From contig NC_045696.1 in assembly GCF_009834535.1 (NCBI RefSeq), positions 80,044,001 to 80,108,000 on the forward strand: a stretch of DNA of 64,000 bases. The letters are read 5' to 3'. The stretch is from Camelus ferus (taxonomy: Eukaryota). The position numbers and the translations under genes were made by a program. Below the pieces are notes generated by a model. It worked only from the letters and a program-made list of their open reading frames with translations, was not told where the DNA came from and made no database searches. The number at the start of each line of letters is the position of its first letter. Within the stretch, counting starts at the first letter, position 1. This document shows, piece after piece, positions 12,541 through 25,598 of the stretch.

Positions 12541-13611
12541 TTCTCTTTTGTGAAAATATGTTAACACTGACTGCCTAATTCATCATTTGTGGAAAGGATC
12601 AAGGTAGATAACGTGTGTCTAAGTATGTTAAACCATGAAGTGTTGAAACAGACTATCATCCCAATCCCAAAATAACAAACCAAGAGCATAAAGGCTGGTT
12701 GATTAACATATAAAATATGAACATAAGCAAAAACTAAAACATAAGCCTCATGCTTTCAGCAGCAACAGAAGCAGGTACTCACCAATTTGAGCACTGTTCT
12801 ACTGCTGCAGCTTCTCTCTAGACCTAGTAAGGTTTCTCTCTAGGAGCTCCTTTGCAAGTATTTTAAGAAACTCTATTTCACATAAAGGCACCTTATGGAG
12901 TCTCAGAAATCATTTAATTAAATCTATTAAATATGTTGATATGTAAAGCTCAAAGAAGTGAAATGTCCTTGCCCCTTACGAAGCTAAACAATTAACAGCA
13001 ACAGAGTTTTCAATTCTGATCACGGTAGTTAGAAAAAATCATTTCTGATCTATGGCTCCAAGTTAGACCTACAGTAAACAACCCAAGTTTAACAATCAAG
13101 TTCCCCTAATAAATTTCACTGAGTTTATACTTTCAATATGTCTCCAACCAACGCCATCAACTTAATTCCATAGAATTCAAAGTAAGAAATAAAAAAAGGT
13201 CTAAGTTAACACCAGAAAAGTATTATAAATCTTTTCTTTTTACTTCATCATGGTCAAATTCCCAAGTTACATTTGGGCAGGTGATATGAATATGAAGACA
13301 AAAACAAGCTATGACTGGAGGTGTATGAAGAAAATGTCCATTAGTGCATTTACAGTATTTTCAAATTTCTAAACCATTGTTACTCTGTGTATAATAGTTT
13401 AATACCTTCAGAAATAAATGTTTTTGATTAATCATTGCACTCTTAACAATATTTCTAACATTTGAGTATAAATTATACTACTAAAAATAATTTAAATACT
13501 ATTTTACAGAATTTTGCTACTGATATTTTTCCCTCCACTTATGATTCTAATTGTTCTATCAATTCCATTCTAAATCTGAGAAACAATTAAAAATTGAAAT
13601 AATGTACTTAC

Positions 13612-13693
13612 GTCATTACTTCCTTTAGTGATCCAATGGCTTTTTCTAGAGTGCTTTTGTCAGGATTTTCTTCAGCTGTATGCTTCTTAAGAT
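13612..13693 (-). CDS. ECT2: ECT2 exon 18 (LKKHTAEENPDKSTLEKAIGSLKEVM), DH domain
   Basis: 82 nt, cag acceptor, GTAAGT donor, phase 1/2. Confidence 0.96.
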
Positions 13694-15322
13694 CTGTAAA
13701 GATAAAATGTTTTCTCTGAGATTAAAAAAATTCAGTGATTTTTTTCCATCTATAACAAAACTGCAATCCACTTTGATAGAAATAGACTGATTAATTAAAA
13801 AACAAAATCTAACTTTTACTAAAAAAAAAAATGTTCCCTTAAGAGCTCTCTTCTTAAACATGTATTAAAGTGTCCACGTTTTTTTCACTGACTAAATTTT
13901 CAGAATATTTAACACAGATTTTCTTACATTGCTATTTCAATTCACTTTTAGTAAAGCTTGGGGATTCCTAGATTCTTCAAACTCTCTCCAAAGTGCTGAA
14001 TGAAAACACATGATCTTCAGTGCACTAAGAAATCATTATATATGCTATATTTCATATCAGGGACCATGGCTCCATCGCAGGGAGCAGCTGGTGTCCTCAA
14101 GATAAGGTTTTGTTTCATTTACAGGTTCATGAGATGCATAAACTTCAACTCTTCTTACCTAGGTTGTTTATAATCTTCTACCTAATGGTTCCCTAATACC
14201 ATTTCCACCTAATCTTTTAAGTGGAATGATGAGAAAGGCTTAGAAATCAAGTTCATTTAATCATGACAACATTTGATGGATTCCTACAAGTACTTAATGA
14301 AACAATAATTAAGATAAACAAATTTAAGAAAAAATACACTGCTTCGTCAAGTTAAACATTTGTTTCTTCATATATTCTCCTTATAATCTTAAAACACAAA
14401 AGCTTTTAAAGACTGGAGGAACTATTTTGTATACTAGTAATTCTAAACTACATGAGACTAACCTCAAAGAGAACAAAAATTGTCAATTTTTGTAGTTACT
14501 ATCATAACTCACAGTTTAACCAATATATTTTTTTTCCAATATATTTTAAAGACAATAATACATTAAACAGTCACAAAATTAGCCTCCTTGTCTGCTACAC
14601 ATACTACTGTAGTTAAGGTTTGGGGACCTTTAAAATGCTTTATTGCACTATTGTTTATAATTTCATTTCCATACTTAAATTTTAAAAATATAAAAATTGA
14701 CACTGTCCTAAAGATATTCACTACTTTAGTCAGGTAAATGTAAAAGCATATAAATATGCTTTTCTTCACATGTGGGCAAAATTTATTTGTAACATATCTT
14801 TGCTATGAAAATCCCTTTCATTGGTATCTATAGTTTAAGTTTTAGAATAAATGGATGTATGTTTGAAGAGTATTCTGCACAATGCAAGAAAAAAAAGCAT
14901 AAGGTCAAGCATAAAGAACTTTATTAAGATACAGAAAAGGACTAAATAACTTGAGACATACTAATCATCTCTCATCTTGTGATTTTGTAGGTAAATTTCA
15001 TGTTTATGTGGATGTAAACTGATTTTGAATTAGGGACACAAAGAAATGTAAGAAGACTTTTAGGGAAGAGACAAACAGTACAATACCAGTCAATATAATT
15101 GACATCAGAACAAATAAATAAAGCATTTTTGGCCAGATTGAATTTTTGTAGCACCAGTGATTATTCAGATTATCCTTATTAAAGATATTTTCTATGTAAA
15201 AATATAAGTTTTAAAGCTGAAATCTAAGAACACTTTGAAAATGAGAAATTTTTCAAATTTTTTATGACAAAACAATTCCCTAAGAACATCCAAAATTGCC
15301 AGAAAACAGATCAGAGAAGTAC

Positions 15323-15419
15323 CATTTAAAAGTAACGCCACACTGGGTAACCGCTGTACTGGTCGGATGAGAAGTTCAACAAGGCTTTGCCGTCCACACT
15401 CTGGTTTAGCTTGGTTTAT
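15323..15419 (-). CDS. ECT2: ECT2 exon 17 (INQAKPECGRQSLVELLIRPVQRLPSVALLLN), DH domain with the PVQR motif
   Basis: 97 nt, cag acceptor, GTAC donor, phase 0/1. Confidence 0.96.
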
Positions 15420-16084
15420 CTGAAAGGAATTACAAAAAATTTTTTAAAGGTTTTCTGCAAAGATGAGACACTCTATGTTTATGTGATTACACTTTATTAC
15501 TTGTGACCTGATAAGAACTAATAGGAGAGGAGTGATGGCAGTTGATCTCTGGCAGGTTACTGTGGTTTAATAATCTCTCAAGCCCTGAAGGAGCCTCCAG
15601 GCAAGCCAAGAATTAACATCTTAAACAGAAAGTGAGTTCCTCTAACCACTCATATATATTCTACTTTAAGTTTCTCTTAAGTCTACATCATTCAAAAGAA
15701 AAAAACAAATTTAAAATATTAATTATGCTGGTATCAAAAAAAACAAAGTAAGGCATTGGTAGGAAAAAAATCACTAAAAGTGAAACAAAAATATCTCATT
15801 GGAAAATTTTTAGAGGTGTTTGAGAACTAAAACATGCATAACTTAAAAAACAAACAAACACCCAGAGACAACATTATTCTTATTCACTCAACAGCCTCTG
15901 AGACCCTGCTACCTAGGCATGTCAAAACTTCCAAAGCTCAACATCAGTGTCCCTCTCAGGTAAAGAAAAAGTTAGCAGATAACATTAAGGTGTTCTTACA
16001 TGGACACATTTTTACAAGTATAATTTTAATGAACTCCTTCAGAAAAGTATTCTCAGAATTTTATTAGAAAGAAATGTACATTAC

Positions 16085-16195
16085 CTTCAGAAAAGCATGA
16101 AATCTAGGTTTCTGTTTTTCACATTTAATAATTGTTTCCTTGCTCATTTCAAAAAAGTTCACAAAAGGAGGGTAGGTTTTTACCAAATCTTTTGA
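16085..16195 (-). CDS. ECT2: ECT2 exon 16 (SKDLVKTYPPFVNFFEMSKETIIKCEKQKPRFHAFLK)
   Basis: 111 nt, tag acceptor, GTAAT donor, phase 0/0. Confidence 0.96.
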
Positions 16196-17333
16196 CTAGG
16201 AACAAGAAAAAAGAAAACCAACATTAATTTGTAATGCACGTTACCCTTAGTCAACAAAACTTAAAGTTGAATAATCAATAATCAAAATCTGACATACTGA
16301 ATGTGAAAGAAAAGATTAAAGTAAGTTTCCTCTCAAGTTAAATACAGAAATGCATTTTATAAACTTCTCACTAGTGAGTAAATTACTAAACAATGCACCA
16401 ACTGGTACACAGAGCCTAAAACCTGAAAAGCAAATAAAGATCCAGAAAGAAACAAAAGTATATCAAAGCTTATTTTACTGATATAAATATGGCAAATTTT
16501 TAAAACTGCTATAAATTCCGAATATAATAATTAAAGTTGATCTATGCAGCCCAAGAATATGCTATTATTTATTGAAGGATCCAAACAATCATTAAAAGAT
16601 GAACTTTTATTACCCAAAAATGAAAACAAAAAAAAGGGAAAATATCTTAACTGAGAAGACTAACATGTAACAAAAAGATATGAGACAATAATTTGCACAT
16701 TTGGAATTCTTAACCAACCAGAAAGAAACATCTAAGGACTATACAGTAAGGATGAAAGTTAGGAGGCCTCAGGAAACAGAAGTAAATGTGTAAGAACCCA
16801 AGGCACTGAAAACTGTAAATCCTATTCAAAGAGACTGAAAGAAATTTTTGAATTCTATTCACAGCATCTCATTCAAAATTAATATACTTTATTTGATAAA
16901 CTTAGGCTATGTTGTTCTTATCCTAGAGAAGAAACAGTTCATTGGAAGTTTTTATGCAGAGCAGATACAATGACACAAAAAAGTGGTATCAACAAGGAAA
17001 GAGAAAAATAAAAACTCAATCATTGAAAATTTCAAAGAAAAAAACCATTACCCTGTGGCTATATATGAAGGGCAAATAACATGATATATAGTAAAATGAT
17101 TGTAGCATAGTACAATTAGTGTTCCTAATGATGACCTGAGCTGTCAAGAAAATGTTAGACAGCATATAGAAAGCATGTTTCAGAAGACCAGAACACTTTC
17201 AATATATTTTACATACACAACTATGTCAAAGTTTTAAAAGCTCTCACATTTTAAATGTAACTTTCATTCCTTGCCAGTCCTTGATGAGATGACACTCTAA
17301 CTTGAAAACCTAAGAAAGAAATAAAATACTTAC

Positions 17334-17402
17334 ATATTTAAGAAAGATATCACCAATGCTTTTGCTCTCATCCCAATTAACAATAAGGTCTTCAAGATCA
17401 TC
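17334..17402 (-). CDS. ECT2: ECT2 exon 15 (DDLEDLIVNWDESKSIGDIFLKY)
   Basis: 69 nt, cag acceptor, GTAAGT donor, phase 0/0. Confidence 0.96.
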
Positions 17403-17766
17403 CTGAAAAACCACAAATGGAAACATTTAAGATTGAATTTGACAATCTCTTAAAGATTCATTTGAAAGACACACTTTACAAAGTATCTTGATTTCATGTG
17501 AAAAACAATTAATAACATTCTTTCTCCTCAACAAGATATTAAATAACTTTTTGACTATGAGGAAAATATCCTTTGAAAAATAATTAAGAAAATATAAAGA
17601 GTGTCAAGTAAGACTAAGCCTAACTTCCCAGTATGATGTGATAGTTCAATATTTTTCCTAATTATTATTAACTATAAAGCTGATTGACATGACATTATAG
17701 AAAACTACTTTCAATCCTGCTGCTGAAGCATCTTACTTAACTTCAGCCATCAGAAACTGTAATCTA

Positions 17767-18153
17767 GGTGCTCTGCGCCCCTGCCGTTGCCGCCACTGCT
17801 ACCAAGACCAAGAGGGCTGCGAGAATCCCTGCCTTCCTCAAGAATGCTGAAGACAAGGAGCTGCTGCTGATGGCATCCTTCACCATGGGGGGCCTCACTA
17901 TAATTCTGCCCACACTCAGCCCCTACGCAAAGTACACCATCATGATCAACGAGGCCACACCCTGCAACTACCCAGTGCCCCTCCAAGACAATAGGAACAC
18001 GCCTGATGTGCCCAGCCACCCCCAGGACCCCTAGGGCCCAAGCTTGGAGTGGCTGAAGAAACTGAGAGCACCTTCTTGGACAAGGAGAGGCCCCACCCCA
18101 GCGGCCCACAACAAAAATGAGAAAAACAGAGCAAAAAACAAACAAAAAAACCC
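17767..18153 (+). pseudogene. NDUFA3: Processed pseudogene of NDUFA3 (complex I subunit B9), antisense within ECT2 intron 14
   Basis: Intronless [82 protein letters not shown]. The start codon reads AGG (17813-17815), there is a premature TAG (18032-18034) and a degenerate A tail, and a perfect 13-bp TSD aaactgtaatcta lies at 17754-17766 and 18154-18166. Confidence 0.95.
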
Positions 18154-18169
18154 AAACTGTAATCTATAA

Positions 18170-18397
18170 TAGGGATCAGCAAACTTAAAGGGCTAGATGG
18201 TAAGTACTAAGTTTACAGCTTGTGGGCCATATAGTTTCTGTCACAAGTACTCAGAGTGGAAGCAGCCACAGACAATACAAAAATGACTGAGTGTGCCTGT
18301 ATATCAATAAAACTTTCTTCACCAAAACAAGCAAAACTTCACCAAAATCCTAAAACTGGCTAGATTTCATCCATTGACCATAGTTTGCTAATCCCCA
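18170..18397 (-). mobile_element. MER58A-like hAT-Charlie element
   Basis: TIR-like ends tagggatcagcaaact / agtttgctaatcccca, internal aagcagccacagacaatac and caataaaacttt, 8-bp flanks atctataa / gtctataa. Confidence 0.85.
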
Positions 18398-18575
18398 GTC
18401 TATAAAATTTCTCAATCATCATCCTAACACTACATATTTGTAAAAATTTAGAAGACATTTAAAAGCTTTATCAGGTAATAAAACACAGATCAGATGATAG
18501 TGAGATGCCAAATGATATGCTTTAACTGAAATTCTAAAAGTGACTTTAAATAGATTTTAATCAATAAACTTGTAC

Positions 18576-20281
18576 CAAAGGTTCTCAAAGTGTTATATGC
18601 AGAACCTCCAACACACCTTTTTAGTGGGATCCATGAGTTAAACTATTTTTATTACAATACTAAGGCATTATTTGACATTTTCACTCTAATTCTCTCTCAA
18701 CCATACAACAGAGTTTTCTAGAGACTACGTGGTATGTGACACTGCAACAGACTGAGTTAAGAGCAGACATGAGAAATATTCTTCTATTAAGCCAGACAGT
18801 AAAAACATAAATCAACATCACTCTTCTCACTATTTTTTTTAGAAATTAGGTATTTTTCACAAAGAATGTTATTTATGCTACCATATGTTAAGTCATTACT
18901 ACTTTAAGTGTATTAATATATGTTTTAAAAATTGGGATATCCACATACAAAAAGATTAACTTAAACCCTCACCTCAGCCAAAAATGAATTCAAGATGGAT
19001 TATAGACCTATCTGTAAGAGCTAAAACAATACAACTTTAAGAAGAAAACATAGGACAAAATCTTCAAAACCTTGGGTTAGGCAAAAATTTCTAAGATATG
19101 ATACTAAAAGCATATTATACTTTAAAAAAATGGAAAAATTGGACTTAAGCAAAATTAAAAATTTTGGTTCTTCAAAAGACATCATTTAAAAAATGCAATG
19201 ACAAGAAAAAACAGATTGGGAAGAAATATCTGCAAAACACATAGCTGATAAAGGACTTGCATCTAGAATTTATAGAGAACCCTTACAACTCACTAAGACA
19301 ATATCCAATCAAAAAATGGGCACCAGATCTAAGTATACATTTCACAGACATAATATACAAATGGCTAATAAGCACATGAAAAGATGCTCAGCTTCATTAA
19401 TCATTAGGGAAATGCAAATCAAAACCACTTCACATCCTAGAATGGCTATTAAAAAAAAAAAAAAAAGAAAGAAGAATAAGTATTGGCTAGAATGTGGAGA
19501 AATCTGAACCCTCATACATTACTGGTGAGAATATAAAATGATGTAAAAAATTTCAAAAATTTTAAATCTAAGAATACTAATATGTCCCAGTAATTCTACT
19601 CCTAAATATCTATGGAAGAGAATGAAAGCATGCCCACACAAAGGTTTGCACACAACGTTCACATCAGGATTATTAATAATAGCCAAAAACTGGAAACAAC
19701 CTAAACTTCCATCAATTGGTGAAAGGATAAAGAAATGTGGCATAGCCATACAATGGACTATTATCTGGCCATACAAAGGAACAAGGTACTAACATGCTAC
19801 ATCACAGATGAAATTCAAAAATACGCTAAGTATTTTCTGAGAGAAGCCAGGCCTAAGACACCATATAATGTATATTTGCATTTATATGAAATGTCCAGAA
19901 AAGGCAAAGTCGTAAGATAAAATGTAGATTAGTGACTGCCTGGAGGACCTGGGGCTAACATTGGGAATTAATTATAAATGGGCATGAAGGATCTTAATGG
20001 GGAAGGTGAAAATGTTCTAAAATAGATTTATGGTGATGGCATCACTTGATAAAGTTATTAAAATCACTGAATCACATTATTTTAAAAAGGTGAATTTAAA
20101 GACGTAAAGTATACCTCAATAAAGCTGTTAAAGAAAAAACTGATGTATCTTAAAAAATATTTTTAAAATTTTCTATTCTAATTTCAAATACATTTAGTAC
20201 CAATAGATAAAACCCACATAAACATAAGTACCTCAATAATTTTTAAGAATTATTTGAGACCAAATAATTTAAGAACCACTA
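18576..20281. mobile_element. Charlie4a-like hAT element split in two by an L1 insertion
   Basis: Left part caaaggttctcaaagtg...cttctattaagccagac (to ~18930); right part gataaaacccacataaaca...gagaccaaataatttaagaaccact (from ~20150). Confidence 0.75.
18934..20140 (+). mobile_element. L1M (L1MB/MC-like) ORF2 3' end and 3' UTR nested in the Charlie element
   Basis: [23 protein letters not shown] (L1 ORF2 C-terminal motif); ends cctcaataaagctgttaaagaaaaaa. Confidence 0.88.
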
Positions 20282-22372
20282 TCCTTCCTACACTCTGTAG
20301 ATTCAGAAAAATCAAAAGGGGAAAAAATTACTTCCAGTAGCATAAAGGTGAACTCAGGCAAGAATAATTTAACAGCCCACAGAGTCAAGAACTAGATTTA
20401 ACTATCTAAAATTGCACTTGAAAGACAACAAAAGGAAGAAAAGGACTATAAGTAAGACTAACCTTGGAACAATATAGTATAATGAATTCTGGCACTGACT
20501 AGCTAGTTTTAAATACTGGCTCTAGGCCTTGTTAGTTCTGTGCCCTTTGCCAAGTTACCTAACTCAATTTTACCTAACTCAATAAGTGTCTCAATTTTTA
20601 TTCTGAAAAATGAGGATAGTAATGACTCCTACCCCATAAAAAATTAAATTACTTAATACTTATATAGCACTTAGAATCCCTAACAGATAGTAGTGCTCCA
20701 TAAGCTATTATTAACTATATTTTCCTATGTATTTAATATAAAATATGGAAGATCATCTGGGAAACTGTGATGCAAAAGAGAAAAACTTACAGCTCTGCCA
20801 ATATAATCTAGTGGCACATTTCCAAAGTGTAACTACAGGACGGCTGTATATCCTTACCTAAGAACATTGCTTTCAGAAAGCAAAATAAACTTTAGGCACC
20901 CTGAAAAAGTCTACTGTTTCTGGTCAACCTTTAAGTCCTGGTGCCTGTTGATGAAATAAAGATTTCTGTCTTAATCAACCGTTAGCTTAGGGACTAAATA
21001 ATAAAGGAACTAAGGCTTAGAGAGTTTAATTTGCCCCAAATCACATGCAAATTTGCCCCAAATGAACCGCTATTCATACTCAGGCTTGTCTGACTTCAGA
21101 TCCCATGTCATTCTACCTGCTCTATACCAGTTTCTACCCATTAGAAATGGAGAGTCAGGTTGGCAGGCGAGGCGAGCCTCCAAGAGCGTTATTCATAGTG
21201 CCACTATTTTCTTACAATGTTTCTATGGGAATATGGTTGACAGACACTGGCACATATCTCCTTCTTATCCATACACAATTCTCCATAGGATGCTCTCAAC
21301 TTTACCTCCTAGCCATGGCCATAAGAGAACTCTATAGTTCTAAGTCATAGAGCCTAGCTCCCAAAGCCTATTAGAAAAGTAAAGGAAGTTGTAAACAGAT
21401 TGGAGTAAGAAAGCTAAGCTCTTTCCTTCTCTTCCTCCTGGTTAAGATTTCTTTTGTACTGTTACCATCTACTTTTATACAAGACGGGTTTCTTTTTCAC
21501 TTAGCTCACTGAACACCAAGGTATCAGATTCCCCACTATACACCTTTCCCTGAGTAAGTACAAGGTACTTTGAGACTTACGCTAAATTAACAAACCATAA
21601 ACACAGAAAGAAAATGTACTCCCTCCAATTCCTCCCTCCCTCTCTTGTTTCGTCATAGTTCCGAAAAACAGCAGGCAGTGGCACATCAAGGACTAACGTT
21701 GATTAGTTCCGAAAAGGAAAAATTCACATGTAGGAAAAGATGTTCATATCAATCTCAAAAATTCTCATTTTAATTTAAATATTAGCATGCTAAAAGTTGG
21801 AGGCAAATAAAGAATTAGACCAAAGGTGTCCACATAATATATAAGATGAGAAAATACACTGAGTTCCAGTCCTGATTCAGACGTTTAAAAGTAGAATGAC
21901 CATTATTCAGCAAATATTTACTGACAGAAATCTAAGTGCCAGACAGTAGTTGCAAACATGGTGGGTAAAAAACTATTTTAATCCTTCACAAAACTTTTGA
22001 ACATTAGTTTACTTACTTTCTGAATTTAGTTTATTACTAACATAAACTGCCATTGTTATTTATTGAATGCTCAGTGATAGGCACTATGCTTAGTGACTTA
22101 TAAAAATGCAAAAACTGAGAATAAAAATTTCACAACCACCCATGAGTCACATACTACTATTCCCACTTTATAGGTAAAAAAACTGAAGCACTTAAGGTTA
22201 CCTTACTTCAAATCCAGATCTACTGTGGGCACAGTCCTTATCTGTAACCACTATGCAATGCTATAAAACAGACATCAGTACTTCTTCGGAATACTGTATT
22301 AATGAGATGATATGAAAAACTGCACAAATGTAAGACACATTTACACAGATTATTCACTAAATACTAAAAGAA

Positions 22373-22931
22373 TATATCTGTTTTTGTGCCAATACCATAC
22401 TATTTTGATTACTATAGCTTAGTAGTATAGTCTAAAGTCAAAGAGTGTGATTTCCCCAGCTCTGCTCTGTTTTCTCAATATTGTTTTGGCTACTCAGGGT
22501 CTTTTGTGTCTCCATCCAAATTTTTAAAACATTTTTGTTCTAGTTCTGTGAAAAATGCAAGCAGTAATTTGATAGGGCTTGCATTTAATCTGTAGACTGC
22601 CTTGGGTAGTATGGTCATTTTAACAATATTGACTCTTCCAGTCCAAGAACACAGTTTATCTTTCTAACTGTTTGTGTTGTCTTCAACTTTTTCACCAGCA
22701 TCTTATAGTTTATGGAGTACAAGTCTCTTAATTAACTCCTTAGGTAGGTTTATTCCCAGATATGTTATGCTTTTTGATGCAATGGTCGATGAGATGGTTT
22801 CCTTAATTTCTCTTTCTGATATTTCTTTGGTAGTGTATAGAAAGGTAACAGATTTCTGTATATTAATTTTGTATCCTACAACTTTATCAAATTCATTGAT
22901 GAGCTCTAGTAGTTTTCTGGTAGTATCTTTA
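22373..22931 (-). mobile_element. Inverted 5' segment of an L1 (ORF2, RT-downstream region)
   Basis: Minus-strand translation KDTTRKLLELINEFDKVVGYKINIQKSVTFLYT...ITYLGINLPKE. Confidence 0.9.
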
Positions 22932-24380
22932 GGCACAAAAACAGATATACAGCTCAGTGGAACAGGACAGAAAGCCCAGAAATAAACCCACACACTTAAA
23001 GTCAATTAATCTACAACAAATGAGGCAATATACAATGGAGAAAAGACAGTCTCTTCAGTAAGTGGTGCTGGGAAAACTGGATAGCTACCTGCAAAAGAAA
23101 GAAATTAGAACACTTTCTAACACCACACGTAAAAATAAGCTCTAAATGGATTAAAGACACCATACATAAAAATAAGCTCTAAATGGATAAAAGACCTAAA
23201 TGTAAGATGAGATACTCTAAAACTCCCAGAGAAAAACATAGGCAAAACACACTCTGACATAAATCACAGCAATGTGTTTTTGGACCAGTCTCATAGAGAA
23301 ATGGAAATAAAAACAAAAATAAACAAATGGGATCTAACAAAACTTAAAAGCTTTTGCACAGCAAAGGAAATCACAGACAAAACAAAAAGACAACTTACAA
23401 AATGGGGAAAAATATGTCAACAGTGCAACCAACAAGGGATTAATTTCCAAAATATACAAACAGCTCATATAACTTAATAGCCCCCCAAAAAAAAAAAATA
23501 CAAATAGTCCAATCCAAACATGGGCAAAAGACCTAAATGCATTTCTCCAAGAAGATATACAGTCAGCCAACAGGCACATGAAAAAATGCTCAATATTGCT
23601 AATTATCAGAGAAATGCAAATCAAAACTACAATAGGGTACCACCTCTCACCAGTCAGAATAGACACCATTAAAAAGTGTACAAATAATAAATACTGTAGA
23701 GGGTGTGGAGTAAAAGGAACACTTCTTCACTGTTGATAGGAATGTAAACTGGTGCAGCCACTATGGAGAACTGTATGGAGGTTCCTTAAAAAACTAAAAA
23801 TAAAGTTACCATATGATCCACTCCTGGGAATATATCCATAGAAAACCCGAAAAGATACATGCAGCTCAATGTTCACAGCAACACTATTACAATAGCCAAG
23901 ATATGGAAACAACCTAAATGTCCATCAACAGATGAATGGGTAAAGATGTGGTATGTATATACAATGGAATATCACTCAGCCACAAAAAAGAATGAAATAA
24001 TGCCATTTACAACAACATGGACATAAGTTAGAGGAAGACAAATATCATTTGATATCACTTATATGTGTTATCTAAAAAAAAATGATACAAATGAACTTAT
24101 TTACAAAACAGAAACAGACTCAGAGACATAGAAGACAAGCTTACAGTTACCAAAGGGGCAGGGGAGACAGAAACTAGGATTTTGGGATTAATATATACAC
24201 ACTACTATATACAAAAAGATAAACAAGGACCCTCTGTATAGCACAGGGAACTATATGCAATATCTTGTAATAACCTATAATGGAAAAGAATCTGAGAAAG
24301 AATATATATATATATATATATATCACTTTGCTGTATACCAGAAACTACCACAACATTGTAAATCAAATATAATTGAGTAA
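22932..24380 (+). mobile_element. L1 ORF2 3' end plus 3' UTR (non-inverted segment of the same insertion)
   Basis: [18 protein letters not shown], gagaaatgcaaatcaaaactaca and a cetartiodactyl-type 3' UTR; contains a 37-bp tandem duplication at 23120-23193. Confidence 0.9.
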
Positions 24381-24439
24381 AATATATATGTATATGCATA
24401 TATATGTGTATTTATATACATAGCATCAAGAAGCAATAT

Positions 24440-25033
24440 AGCATTAGTAATAGCCAAGACATGGAAACAACCCAAGTGTGCATGAATGGATGAATAGATA
24501 AAGCAAATGTGGTATTATACAATGAAATATTATTTAGCCATTAAAAAGAAGGCAATCCTGACATTTGTGACCATATGAACAGACCTTGAGGGCTTTATGC
24601 TAAGTGAGATAATTCAGAGAAAGACAAATACTATATGATCTCACTTATATGTGGAATCTAAAAAAAAAACCAAACTCATAGATACAGAGAACAGATTGGT
24701 AGTTGCCAGAGATATGGGGGAGGAAGATGGGTAAAATGGGTAATGGCAGTCAAGAGGTATAAACTTCCCGTTATGAGAAAAATAAGTCCTACGGACATAA
24801 TGTAGACCATGGTGACTGTAGTTAATAATACTGTGTTACATTTTTGAAAGTTGCTAAGAGAGTAATCTTAAAAAGTTCTCATCACAAAAAAAGAAAAATT
24901 TTAACTATGTGTGGAGGTAGATGTTAACTAAACTTACTGTGATCACTTTGAAATATATACATGTATCAAACAATTACTTTGTATACCTACAACTAATACA
25001 ATGTTACCCTGTCAATTTTATCTCATTAAAAAA
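24440..25033 (+). mobile_element. Older L1MA-type 3' end
   Basis: atagccaagacatggaaacaacccaagtg...ttttgaaagttgctaagagag...ttatctcattaaaaaa. Confidence 0.8.
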
Positions 25034-25598
25034 GGGAGGGGGAAAGCAAGACAACATTAAGGTTAAGGAGTACAGAATCTGAAGTTAGACAAAAAAAAAA
25101 GGACTCAAATCCTGTATCCAGCATTTATTAGATGAATGACTTCAGAAAAATCATTTAATCTCTGTATGTAGCTGTTTCACATCTATAAAATACAGACAAT
25201 TATATTCACCTTCTTGGTAGTGTTCAATGGATGTGGGAGTAATTGATAGTGGATTATATTTAAAAGAAGAAAAGAAAAAAATGCTATCAATAAAAAAGAA
25301 AGAAATAAAACAAAATTTTAGGAGCATTTCAGTGATGGGATTATAGGTATTTTCAACTCCTTTTTCCCTTTCTCCTGATTTCACAAATAAATGTTTGACA
25401 GCACACATTGATTTCATAGCAGGAAAAAAAAGAAAATACAGGCTTTAAAATTTTTACATGTACGACAAACCTGAAATCAGCCAGAAAATAACTACTCATT
25501 GAAATATTGGTAATCCAAGTTTATAGAAGAATCTTAAAAATTTTTGTTATGCATTATAATAACTAAAGGGTGATAATCATTTTCAAAGCTCCAGTGAA

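Noticed and set aside
17768..18034. 88-aa ORF as a functional NDUFA3 gene
   Set aside because: ATG lost, premature stop removes the C-terminus, several non-conservative changes, retrocopy hallmarks and no promoter.
17750..18182. 131-aa and 78-aa minus-strand ORFs
   Set aside because: Shadow frames of the NDUFA3 retrocopy.
20555..21065. Short tandem duplications (ttacctaactcaat x2; aatttgccccaaat x2)
   Set aside because: Ordinary two-copy slippage duplications, not an array or CRISPR-like structure; similar ones occur at 23120-23193 and 45230-45282.
22674..23912. Multiple 60-110 aa ORFs
   Set aside because: Fragments or antisense frames of decayed L1 ORF2.
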